In this document: in pieces, positions 1-11,742 of the stretch
Numbering within the stretch: the stretch's first letter is position 1
Layout: every line of letters starts with the position of its first letter
DNA from: Phaeosaccion multiseriatum
Taxonomy: Eukaryota > Protista > Ochrophyta, other classes
Assembly: GCA_965112735.1 (NCBI GenBank)
Contig: OZ218950.1
Span: 6,944,001 to 7,008,000 of the forward strand
Reading direction: 5' to 3'
DNA: 64,000 nucleotides
Made by a program: the position numbers and the translations under genes
The notes under the pieces: model-generated
Database searches by the model: none
What the model was told of the DNA's origin: nothing
Seen by the model: only the letters and a program-made list of their open reading frames with translations

Positions 1-3000
1 GCCAAGACCAGCTCGTGCCAACAACCATCGAGAGGGAGCGGGGGCGGTGAAGGGGAACTTGTTTTGACGCCTGCGCGCTCCTCGCCGTTACGGGACGAGA
101 GGATCGGGGCGTGCTTCTTCCTGTGCCTGCTCACTTCTGAGCGGCGGGTCAGAGAGGGGCTTTTGAGGTTGCTGGACGCCACCCTCGGTCTCTGCCACCA
201 GGGTGAGCAGTTGGTGATACAGCAACAGCAGCAGCTGCAGCAGCAGCAGGGGGCGTGGCGACACCAAATGAAGCAGCAGGGGAGCAAGCAGAGAGGGGGA
301 TTTGTGGCGGCTTCTCCTCCACCAACAGACCCGGCAGTCTCCCTCCCCTTGCTGGCCTCACATTTTCCTTCCGTGGGCAAGGCTTTGTGGCTCGGCGGTG
401 TGCTCAAGTACCTTCAGACCAACCTGTGCACCACGGCACCGAGGCCGCAGCTGTCGTTCTCGAGCTGGAGGGGCTTCTTTGAGATGGTTTCTGCCCTCTT
501 ACCTTCATTGACTGCGCTGCTCAAGAAGGACGAGAGGGAGGAGGGGAGGAGGGGGAAGCGCAAGGAGCAACGGAGGCAGCAGTTGGTGGTACAGCGCGAG
601 CAGCGGCGACAGCGGCGGTTGGAGGAAGCAGACACTAGTGGTGATGGGGATGGTGAGGAGGAGGATGAGGGAGGTGATGAGGACTCGGAGTCCGACCCAG
701 ACGAAATACACAGGTATACAGTGACTGACGTGGTCCGCCTGCTGTGGTCTGCCATCAAGGACACAGTGCTGCGAGAGGCTCTTGTCGTGCATAGAGAGCA
801 GCACCGCTCGAGGCTGAGTGATACCTTTGTGAAGCTCTTCAAACTGCTGACGGAGCTGTGGGTGCTGTCCAATAGAAGGAGGCTTATCCTGCCGGGCCTT
901 CTCGCAGAGAGGGAGGACTGGGCCAGAGTGCTGCTTGCGTGGATTGCTCCAATTCAACTGCAGCTGCAGCCGTCGGTGGTACAGCAGAAGCAGCAGAAGA
1001 GGCAGGGACCACCGGACGTAGCCGAGGGGGGGGAGCTTCCCATGGACGTGAGGAAGGGGGCAGCCGCCTTCGGAGAAGCCATGCTGCTCACCTTGGACAA
1101 GCTGGGCCTGCTCGAGCCCACAAGCAACCTCCGGATGGGCGGCAGGGCAGGGGAGACCTTCCGCCTGCTACGCCTCACCACCGAGCGGCTCATGGGCACG
1201 GTGCTTGTACCCTCAACGCCGCCTGGCTCTCCCAGTGGTGGTGGTGGTGGCGGTGGTGGTGGTGATGGTGGTGGTGGTGGAGGAGGAGGAGGAGGAGGAG
1301 GAGGTGGTGGTGGTGGTGGTGGTGGTGGTGCAGCTCTGGAGGTTCTTGTTGACCATGAAGCTGACGGTGAGGAGGATGATGATGATGACGATGGTGACGT
1401 GCAGATCATTGAGTCTCCCTCGTCAAGAGGTGCGCCCAGTCCAACGAAAGCCCTCAAGTCTGGACAGCAGAGCATCGCGCATTTGAGGAAGAGAAAGCGT
1501 GTTGGTGCTGGGCTTGCTGCTAGATCACCACCTGCTGTTGCTGCTGCTGCTACTTTTTTGGGAGCTACGAAGAAGAAGAATGGAAGCCAGGTAAACCAGC
1601 AGGCGAGAGGCCTGGCGGAGAATGGAAGCAGCCGGTGGTTGCAGGAGCAGTTGGTAGTACAGCAGCAGGGGCGAGAGGAGAGGAAGAAGGGCGAGGAGGA
1701 CTGGAGGGCATTTTCTCAAACGTGCCACAGCCCCTTCTGCAGCAACGAAGCCACCCACGGCTTTATCGTGCTCTCCTCGAGTGCCTCGAGCGGCAGCAGA
1801 GGGGCTGGCAGAGACAGAGACAGAAACAGAGGCGTTGCTGGGGGGGGAGGAGGCTTGGGAGGAGAGGAGGACGCCCACTGCGTGCAAGTACGCTATTGCG
1901 CAGAGCACAAGAAGCTACGGATGGTGGACAAGCGACAGTGGGAGAGGGACAAGCAGAGGCGGAAGGAGGCAAAGGAGGACAGCAAGAGGAGGAGCAGAGC
2001 AGCCGCCGAGGCCCACTTATCGTCGGTGGCTGGTGCGACTGGTGGTGGTGGTGGTGCTGCTGCTGCTGCGGGGAAGCGGGGCCGGACAGGTGTCAGGGGT
2101 TTGTCCGGGCCGAGCGTTTCAGATCTTCTGGCCGAGGCTACGAAGATGGGTATGCGCCAAGGGGGTTGGGCGGGGGCGGGTGGGAGTGGGGTGGGGCCTC
2201 AGCGTGCTCCATTCACAGCGGCGGGCAGTGGGGTAGAGTCCTTTCGTCCGGGTAGAGGCGGGGAGGAGGAGGCGGCCTGGGCAGGTAGAGCCATTGCACT
2301 CCAATTGGCGTCGGCGAGGCAGACGCTTGCGAGGCAGCTCTCCTCCAATGTGCAGAAGGCCACGCAGCCGCAAAAAGTCAAGGGCAGACTCGATCGCTTT
2401 CATCGCTTGGTGCTCACCACGTGGACAGAGCAGGACCTTCTGGAGCAGCCCCAGCAGCAGCAGTCGCCGCAGTCGCAGCAACAGTTGGCGGGACAGAGGC
2501 AGAGCAGCAGCATCGGGAGCGGGAACGTGAACGGGAGTGAGAGTGGGAGTGAAAACGGGCTCCTCCGTGGTGGTGTGGTGTCAGACCCTACCTTGCACCC
2601 TGCCTTGCACACTCCCATGGTGCAGACGCGTTATCAGAGTGTCGCACACTACCAAGACGTGTTCCTGAACCTCTTGTTGGAAGAGGTCAGAGCGAGTCTG
2701 GCGCAGGGCTTCAGCAGTGGGCGTAATAGCAGCGGCAGCGTGGTGCAGATGAAACTTGAGGGTTCGGTGCGAGAGGAGACGAGTGGATTCACAGTGGCGA
2801 CGATGGTGATGCCTAACGGATTTACATGTAGAGGGCTGGCGAGAGGCGGGAGGGGGGGTGGAAGAGGTGGAGGGAGGGGGGGTGGAAGGGGGGGGTGGGG
2901 AGGACGGAGGGATGGCAGTGGACGGGATAGAGGACAGGAGCTGGACTACTCGAGGGCAATTGGGAACGGTTGGTTTGACAACGACCTGCTGCTACTGCGC

Positions 3001-5205
3001 CCCATTACAGCAAGAGGAGGAGGAGGAGGAGGAGGAGGAGGACAGCAGCAAGAAGAGGCGTGCTTCGGCATCCTCGTGGAAGATAAGGAGCTGACCTACA
3101 CACGCGAGGGCCGTAAAGCCCGCCAGCACGGCGGGGAGAAAGTCAAGATCAAGCTGTGGTTCCCCTCGGAGGAGGATAGTGAGGACGAAGACAACAACGA
3201 CGGCAAAGAGGCCAATCATGCATCCCTCTCTCCCTCTCCCTCTCCTCGCCTCTGCCTGCGGCGCCTCGACTCGGTGTGGGCGGTACAGCGGCTCGACTCT
3301 CTGGCCACGTGCAGCCGTGAGTTCGTGGCCCTCTGCAATCTCAAGCATATGGGCCTGCTGCATTACCTCCTGCAGGCCACAGGAACGCCGGACCTCTGTT
3401 CCATCGGCGGGGATGCCCCCCCCCCCGTCAGCACTTCTGACTCGGTCGGCACGATCATGGCTGTTCCCTACGAGGTCAGTCGGTCTGTGTATATATGTGC
3501 GTGTGTGTGTGGGGGGGGGGGGCATCTGCTGCCATCGCCGCTCACCCTGGCCTTGCTCTGGCCTTGCTCGGGCCTTGCGGCTCACCTCCCCCCCTCTTGT
3601 TGGGACCGTGCCTTACTGGCCTATGCATGTGATACAGACCACCCGACCTGTGCATGCTCGCTTCACACGTATGTTTCGTTTGTATCTTGCCTTTTTCGTT
3701 ATCTTCACCACCCTTATAAACCCCCATCGTCACCACCATCCACTCCAAGGTTGACAAGGCCGCCTTCACCGACTCTGCTCGGCGTCTCTTGGCAGCAGTG
3801 GCGGCATGCAAGAGCCGAAAGCGCTGCTCCTCTCGCCCCCTTCTCGCGGTGCGGCTCCTGAACCTGCTGAGCTCACTGAGGGAAATGCGTCTGCCAATCA
3901 AGTTGATACAGGAGGTGCAGCAACAGGAGAGGCTTCAAGTGGGCAAGGCTATTAAGGACCTCGCCAAGAGGTGAGGAAGGGAGGGATGGCAGTGGATGGA
4001 TGTAGCGGGAATGCTGCGCCTTGTGTGGTCGACCGTAAGAATGCCTGCTGGGTGTTAGGTCGTGGCTTGGCGGGTGATTGATCTGATTGAGTACGCATGA
4101 CACACGTATGGCACACTCTACCCTGCCCTTCCCCGCCGTACTTGCTCACCACGTTCTTTGCTGTCTTGTGTCTCGTGGCTTGTGGCTTGTCATCTGTGAC
4201 AGGCATTGGCACTCCGACATCAAGAAGGAAGCCTCCGAGGTGATTTTGAGCTGGAAGGCGCAGTGGGCGGCAGACAGCAGCGACAGAAAGGCCACTGAGG
4301 CCATTGTCAAGCCGGAGGGAGGGGGGGGGGGGAGAGCAGAGCACGATAAGGGCAAGGCGGCAGCAGAAGGAGGAAGGCAATAGCAGCGAGGGAGGGAAGA
4401 AGCAGAAGGAGGAGGAGGAAGAGCAGGAGCAGGACGAGGATGAGGAGGGACCGCCTCCTGCCCCTCCCCATCTGGTGCCTTCCCCGCTGTGGAGCACTCT
4501 CAAGAGCGAGTTCAACCCCTCGCAGCTGGGTAAGTGCGCGATTGGAGAGGGGGGGGGGAGGGTGGTCTTTGGACCTACGTTGGACCTTGTGCGTGTGCGT
4601 GTGCGTGCGTGTGCGTGTGCGTGTGCGTGCGTGCGTGTGCGTGTGCGTGCGTGTGTCTGAGTGCGTACTGTCGCCCCCCCTCGGGACCTGACCGTCAAGC
4701 ATGTCCTTCACGCTTTGCCTTCCCTTCTTCCCTCTCCTCTCTCTCTCTCTCTCTCTGAGAACCCCACGTTTGTCCACTTGTGCCAACTTCCGCCCACGGT
4801 CTTTCATCATTCCAACGCGCCTCTTATGTATTATATATATATGTGTATGTATATATATACCCCTTAACATGTTACATATATGTGTGTCCTGTTGTCAAAG
4901 CATTTTTATTGACTCTTTGCCTCTCTTGTCTCTTCTCCCCGCCCATCGCTCCAAAAACATCGGGTCTAAAAACCTATAACCCAACAAACGGCCCTAAAAT
5001 TGTGTAACCCTTCTCCCCACCGCATCAGCTGCCATCTGGTCGGCCTCAGCGAGCATGAGGGAGCGCGAGAAGAAAGCGGACGCGTCACAGTCTGTGTCAT
5101 CACAGTCATCACACTCTGGACACTCTGGGAGGCTCGACAGGGACGGGGCCGTGGTGCTGCTGCAAGGGCCGCCGGGAACAGGTGTGTGTGAGTGTGTGTG
5201 TGTTA

Positions 5206-5243
<38 letters not shown>

Positions 5244-6451
5244 GTGATTAGTATGTATGTGTGTATGTGTATGTGTGTGCATGTGTGTATATCCATACCC
5301 CCATCCACTGTGTAGTCCTATGCAGTGTGTGTGTGTATATCCATACCCTGTAGTCCTATGGGTAGTCCTCTACCCCCCTCGAGGACCTCTCTCCATGCCC
5401 TTCATCCGCGGCCCCACCAGACCGCCACAGCCACCCCTAACCCACCCCTGACCCCCCCCTCCCATCAACTGCCATCTTCCTGCAGGCAAGACGAGAACCA
5501 TCCTCGGAGTCGTCAGCGCCATCCTCGCCCGCAGGATCGACAAAGCCAGCAACCCCCAGCAGCAGCAGCAGCCCCAGGCCCAGGCCCAGGCAGCCCCCGG
5601 TTTCCGACGCGCCACTCTGTCTGCTCGCCTGGAGACTGCTCAGGTGCAGTTTCAGTTTCAGTTTCAGCTTATTGAGAATCTTAATCGTTGTCGAGCATAT
5701 CGATGACGCACTTTACAGAGCTTCCCGCTTATATCCTTTCTTCGTTTTCCCTCCCTCTCTCCCTCTCTCCCTCTCTCCCTCTCCTCCCTCTCCTCCCTCT
5801 CCTCCCTCCTTCCCTCTCCTCCCTCCCTCCCTCCTTCCCTCTCCTCCCTCCCTCCCTCCCTCCCTTCCTCCCTCCTTCCTTCCTTCGTTCCTTCTTCCTT
5901 CCTCTCCTCCCTCTCTCCCTCTCCTCCCTCCCTCCCTCCTTCCCTCTCCTCCCTCCCTCCCTTCCGCCCTACCTCTCTCCCTCTCCTCCCTCCCTCCCTC
6001 CTTCCCTCTCCTCCCTCCCCCCCTCCGTTCCGCCCTCCCTCCCTCCGTTCCGCCCTCCCTCCCTCCCTTCCGCCGTACCTCTCTCCCTTTCCTCCTTCCT
6101 CCCTCCCTCCCTCTTCTCCCTCCTTGCACCATACTCTGCGACAGGTGCACCAGAGGGTGTTGGTGTGTGCCCCAAGCAATGGTGCTGTCGATGAGCTCAC
6201 GCACCGCCTTGTGGACAGCGGCGTGTGGGACAGGGGGGGGGAGCCGTTCTGGCCGAGGGTGGTGAGGTGAGTGCGTGAGTGAGTGAGTGCGTGAGTGAGT
6301 GCGTGAGTGAGTGTGTGAGTGAGTGCGTGAGTGAGTGCGTGAGTGAGTGAGTGAGTGAGTGAGCTAGTGAGTGAGTGAGTGAGTGAGCAATGCTGGCCCA
6401 CCCCGCCTCGTATCCGCCCCTCGCTTGACCTCCCCCCTTCCCTTTGCCCCC

Positions 6452-6494
<43 letters not shown>

Positions 6495-6553
6495 TCTCTC
6501 CCTCTCTCCCTCTCCCTGTCTCTCTCTTTCTCTCCCTCTCTCTTTCTCTCTCT

Positions 6554-6589
<36 letters not shown>

Positions 6590-9500
6590 GCCCTCCCCTG
6601 TCCCATCCTCATCATTGGCCGTCGATAATTAGGATCGGCACCGCTGGACCAGGAGCGACAGACAAAGTGCGCGCCATCACCCTCAGAGCGAAGGTGGATC
6701 AACAAGTAAGCAAGTGTGTGTTTGTGTGTGTGTGAGTGAGTGTGTGAGTGTAAGTGAGTGAGTGAGTGTGCGTGCGTGCGTGCGTGAAAGTGGTAGAACC
6801 TAGTCTTACTTGTGTGGGGGTGTCTATTTGCGAGCCTCAGATTCTCAGTGTCGCTCTCCAACCCCTCCCCCCCTCTCTTTCCTCCCCCCTCTCGAACATC
6901 TCCACCCTCCCCTCCCCTCCTCCCCCTGTATCACCAACTGCTGCAGATCAAAGACGAGCCCAAGAACATCGCAGCCGAGCAAGCCCTCCGCCGCATCGTA
7001 GACTTGCAGCATGAGACCGACTTGGTCAACGTCGCCCTCAGGAAGGCAGAGAGAGGCGAGTGGGAAAGAGGAGACACAGATGTACCGTCTGCTGCTGCTG
7101 CTGCTGCTGCTGTATCACCAACTGCTGCTGCTGCTGCTGGTGGTGGTGGTGGTGGTGGTGGTGGTGTGCCTGGATTCGGCGGCGGAGAGACTGAGCAAGG
7201 AGAGGTGAAGGCCAAAGCCGGGGTGACGTCATCATCGTCAACAGCATCAGCGGGTGTGGGCGTGGGCGCCCCTTCGGCCGCGAACCCATTGCGAACCCCT
7301 TCTCCTTCTCTTGGCGCTCCTAGTTCTCCTTCTTCTCGTCCTCCGCCTCCTCCTACTGCTGCTGTACCACCAATTGCTGCTCCTCTGCCTGTTCCAGACC
7401 GCACGGGCCTGAGCGGCATGAACGAGGCTTCACTGCGGTTCGAGGCGCGGCGGCTTAGGGCGGAGCTGGACAGAGCCTTTAAGAGACGCAGGGAGGCCCT
7501 TCTCGCACTTGACCTCATCAAAGCCACGGCAAGGAGGAACATCATCAGCACCTCGCAGGTACAAAGGGAGGGAGGGGGAGGAGATGGGAGTTGATGGCAG
7601 TGGATGGCAGTGGATTGTAGTTAAGAGACAGTTCATGGATGGCAGCCCTTCTTAAGCGATGAATGGATCAGCTTCACGTCTCCCCGCACCCCTCCTCCCT
7701 CCTCCACCCCGCTCCGACCCCCTCTTCGCCCGCCTGCCCCTCTCCTCAGATCGTGTGTGCAACTCTGGCGGGGTGTGGGGCGACGGAGCTCACAGAGGCG
7801 GTGTACTCGTCCAAGAAGGGCTTCGACACTGTGGTGAGTCACGTGGGGGAGGGGTGGGAGATTTGTTAGCTTGTTAGTTAGTTAGTTTGTTTGTTCGTTT
7901 GTTCCGATGGCATCGCATGACGAATCGAAGCCCGCCCCCCCCCCTTGATGCGTGACCTCGTCTTGTGCCCCTTGTGCCCCTCTTTTGTTGCCTCGTGTTC
8001 TTCATTCAATGCTGCCATTCAATGCTGCCCCTCCCCCCCTCCCTCCGTGCTTAGATCGTTGACGAGGCGTGTCAGGCAGTAGAGGCCAGTACGCTGGTGC
8101 CCTTGGCCCTTGGATGCAAGAGGGTGATCCTTGTGGTAAGTCAGCAAGTCAGCAAGTCAGTGATTTATCCGGAGTAGATCCGTAAGTAAGCAAGTGTTGA
8201 CGCTTCCGCCACTTCCCCTCTCTTCCCCTCCCCTCCAACCACACGCACAAACGCACGCAACACACACACACACACACGCACCCCTAACGTAGGGAGACCC
8301 CCGCCAGCTGCCCGCCACAGTGCTGAGCGTCATCGCGGCCTCAAAGGGCCTTGAACAGAGCCTGTTCGAGCGCCTGGAGAGGGCAGGGCACCCTGTCTGC
8401 ATGCTAAAGCATCAGTACCGAATGCACCCAAGCATATGCGCCTTCCCCTCCACGCACTTCTACAAAGGCAAGCTCAAGAGCAAAGGTATGACCACTCTTT
8501 GGAAGGAGGTGACTGCCTGACTGACTGCCTGACTGACGGACTGACTGACTGCCTGACTGCCTGACTGACTGACTGACTGCCTGACTGACTGACTGACTGA
8601 CTGACTGACTGACTGACTGACTGACTGACTGCCTGACTGACTGACTGACTGCCTGACTGACTGACTGACTGACTGACGAGACTTGACGGAGGAGATGTGG
8701 CCGATAGGCGCTGGAAGCTGACACTCTACCCCGAACCTGATACTGTACCCTGCGTCGAACGCTTATGGCTCTGCTCTTTCGTGTGTGTCGATGTCTCCTC
8801 ATCTTATTTCCCTTCCTCCACCCTCCCCTCCCCTCCCCTCCCTCCCCTCCCCTCTTTGCCGCTGCCCCTGCCACCCCCGTGCTGTCTGCCTGACTGCCGC
8901 TACCTGGTGTCAGGCACGGGGTCAGACGAGCGCGAACAGCCCCCTTACAGTCGCGACAAGGCCTTTTCCTCCTTCCTGCTCTACGACATCGCAGAGGGGC
9001 AAGAGAGAACCGCTGGGTAAGGGCATATATATACAAGTGTGTACAACCAACACGTCTACTTGCTCCAACCCGTCTGCTTGCTTTTAGTGGTCTCTCCGTC
9101 CCATTTGGCCATTCCCTCTGGCTTTGAGCGAAGCTCCACATTCAATCCACGACCTCCTCTCTCCTTTCCTCTCCTCTCTCTCTCTCTCTCTCTCTTCTCC
9201 ACCCCCTCCCTGCCCCCCCTCTCCTGCCCTCCCCCTCTCTCTCTCCTGTGGCGTTACAGAAAGTCCTTCGAGAATGCTGTGGAGGCGGCTTGGTGCTTCG
9301 ATGTGGTTGACGCCCTCCGGCAGCTGTTCGGCAGGGAACACATTAGGGGAAGGGTGGGCGTCGTCACCCCTTACAAGGCGCAGGTAAGTCTAGCAAACCG
9401 ACCAAGCACCCAACCAACCAACCAACCAACCAACCCACCAACCAATTAACCAACCAACCAACAACAGGTGGCCAAGATTGGGGAGGAGTTTCGCTCCCGC

Positions 9501-10932
9501 TGGCCCAAGGCCTGCCCTGCCGACCTCAAATGGGAAGAATGGGTAAGGACGCGAATGAAGTGAACGGGCGCTCTCTCTCTCTCTTTTTCTCTCCTCTCTC
9601 TCTCCGCTCTCTCTCTCTCTCTGTCTGTCTCCCTCTCTCCCCCTCTCTCTTTCAAGGGGGGCGCCATCCTTGTCGACAGCAGGCAGTAGGCACTCCCCTC
9701 ACACACGTACACCCCTTCATGCAACTCCCTCCAACTCCCTCCAGGTGGACGTGAGTACTGTGGACGGCTTCCAAGGCAGGGAGTCCGACATCATCATCTT
9801 CAGCTGCGTTAGGGCAAACAGTCACGGAGGCATCGGCTTCCTGAAGGTGAGAGTCCGTATGAGTGTGAGTGTGAATAGATGTAATAGCAATAGCACTGCT
9901 TTGCTTTCAGTGTGGATAGGAGGTTTCCAGCCAGGTACTACAAGAACCCACCACCTCGTTTGCCTCATGTCAACGCCTCCTCCTCCTTCCCCACCCCCCC
10001 TCAAGGACGAGAGGAGGATGAACGTAGGACTGACTCGGGCTAAGTTCTGCCTCGTGGTGCTGGGCAAAGTGACATGTCTCGAGCGGCATAGTGCTTGGGG
10101 GGCGTTGGTAGCCCATGCGAGGAAGGAGGGGCGCCTCTTGGGTGGGAGGAGCTTTGCCGACCTGTACAAGAGATGCGGGGGCAAGGTCAAGGCGAACAAC
10201 GGCACCAACATCAACACGTCCGGGGAGGCAAGGGTGGCCACTGTGCAGCACCATCGGCAGCACCAGTGGCAGCACCAGGATAAGAAGCACCAGGATAAGA
10301 AGCACCAGGAGCATCAGGAGAAGAGGAAGCAGGACCACCAGAAGGGCAAGGGGAAGCAGAAGTCGCAGCAGAAGGCGCCGTACCAGCGGCAGCAAGAGGA
10401 GAAGCAGCAGCGTCACCAGCAGCAGCAGCAGCGTCACCAGCAGCAGCACGAGCAGCACCACCAGCAGCACCACCAGCAGCGACAGGAGAGAAATAGAGGT
10501 GTGGAAGGGGGTGGGGGGGGGCAACCACAGCTGCTGGACAGCTTGCTTGACGGCGTGAGGCGAACGAGTGATCACACACGTTCAGGGATGGAGTACGAGA
10601 GAGAGAGGGGGGAGAGGGGCTCGGCGGAGAGGAACAGGGAGAGGGAGAGGGAGAAGGCTCCCAGCAGGAGGGGAGGAACAGACTGGGATATAGATGGGGG
10701 GGGCGGTAAGAGGCCAGGAAACAACGGGGGAGGAGGTGCGGGAAGCGGGCGAGCCGACAGAGGGGCGGAGGGGGAAGCCTTCGTCCGGGGAGGAGGGCAT
10801 TACAGAGAAGAGAGAGAGGAGGAGGGAGGGAGGAGAGGAGGAGGAGGGCAGTATTCGTCTGCGGCGGGCAACAAGCGCAAGAGAGAGAGAGAGCAGTGGG
10901 GAGAGGATGGATATGGAAGGGGCAAACTTTGA
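1..10932 (+). CDS. SEN1: Sen1/senataxin-like superfamily-1 (UPF1-like) DNA/RNA helicase, multi-exon (~16 exons), 5' end outside the window
   Basis: Frame is open from base 1. Spliced exons give SF1 motifs in order: LLQGPPGTG|KTRTILG (Walker A, ~5155-5500), RVLVCAPSNGAVDEL (~6150), IVCATLAGCG, IVDEACQAVEASTLVPL (~8055), GDPRQLPATV, QSLFERL, QYRMHPSI, VGVVTPYKAQ, STVDGFQGRESDIIIFSCVR, DERRMNVGLTRAK. Stop at 10932. Confidence 0.88.
1723..1929 (+). other. EsV-1-7-like cysteine-rich motif within the Sen1-like protein
   Basis: CHSPFCSNEATHGF...(Gly/Ser insertion)...VRYCAEHKKLRMVD matches the EsV-1-7 pattern Cx4C...FG...YCxxH...MV(D/N). Confidence 0.55.
3860..4263 (+). other. TFIIS N-terminal (LW/Med26-type) domain within the Sen1-like protein, split by an intron
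   Basis: LLNLLSSLREMRLPIKLIQE...QVGKAIKDLAKR|HWHSDIKKEASEVILSWK resembles the TND consensus IGKxVxxLxKH...AxxLxxxWK. Confidence 0.6.
5750..6122. repeat. Intronic polypyrimidine (CCCT/CCTT)n low-complexity tract
   Basis: About 370 bp almost entirely C/T, upstream of the acceptor at ~6144. Confidence 0.9.
8511..8677. repeat. (GACT)n tetranucleotide microsatellite, intronic
   Basis: Tandem gact/gcct units seen directly. Confidence 0.95.
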
Positions 10933-11027
10933 CGAGCGCAAGAGGAAGGCTATGTCTTTCTTCCGAAGCTTTTTGAACAGGGACGGGGAGGAGTTCGGGG
11001 GGTCGGCGTGTGCCTCTTTCCATGCGT

Positions 11028-11062
<35 letters not shown>

Positions 11063-11278
11063 TAGAGATGGTTATTGGTTATGGGGGGGGCGGGGGTCTG
11101 AGTTCTCCCCCTCCTCGCCACCACCACCACCAGTCGCAGCAGGAGCAGGGGCAGGAGCAGGGAGGAGGCGCTTCAGCATGATGGTCCTCAGCACATTTCC
11201 CGGACGGCAATCCATCCTGGTCGACCGCAGCCAGGGCTTCTTGCCCAGGCAAAGCCCTCTGCATTTATATACTTTACT

Positions 11279-11471
11279 CGACCCCTGATACACTATCGCC
11301 ACATTCTCGATAGCGCGCTATCGGGCCCCGGCGATAGCGGATAGCGTGCCGGCTGGCGCCGGCCGATAGCGGATAGCGCGCCGGCTGGCGGATAGCACGC
11401 CCCAACAACCCCCCCCCCCAAAGCCGGCTGACGCCGGCGATAGCGGATAGCGGATAGTGTATCAGGGGTCG
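11279..11471. mobile_element. 193-bp MITE (non-autonomous DNA transposon) with 19-bp TIRs and 8-bp target-site duplication
   Basis: Left TIR CGACCCCTGATACACTATC (11279-11297) and its perfect reverse complement (11453-11471). Direct repeat ACTTTACT flanks both ends (11271-11278 and 11472-11479). Interior is rich in GATAGC repeats. Confidence 0.9.
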
Positions 11472-11742
11472 ACTTTACTTTCTGTTGCCCCTTTTGTCGC
11501 CGCTTCTGCTTTTAATTACCTCCCTTCTGTGTAGCTACTTCTTGTTTACGACGCAGGAATTGGGGTTTTCGCCGCCCGCGTATCCGTATCCGCCGCTTTA
11601 TTAATTTTTGTTTTTCTTTTCCTCTTTTCTCTCTCTCTCTCTCACTCTGGCTCTCAAGTCTCAATCTCATTCGTAGCTGCCTAGGTACCTTCATCAACCC
11701 TCATACAATACAAACCACCTTCTTTCGCAGTGCACTACCATC

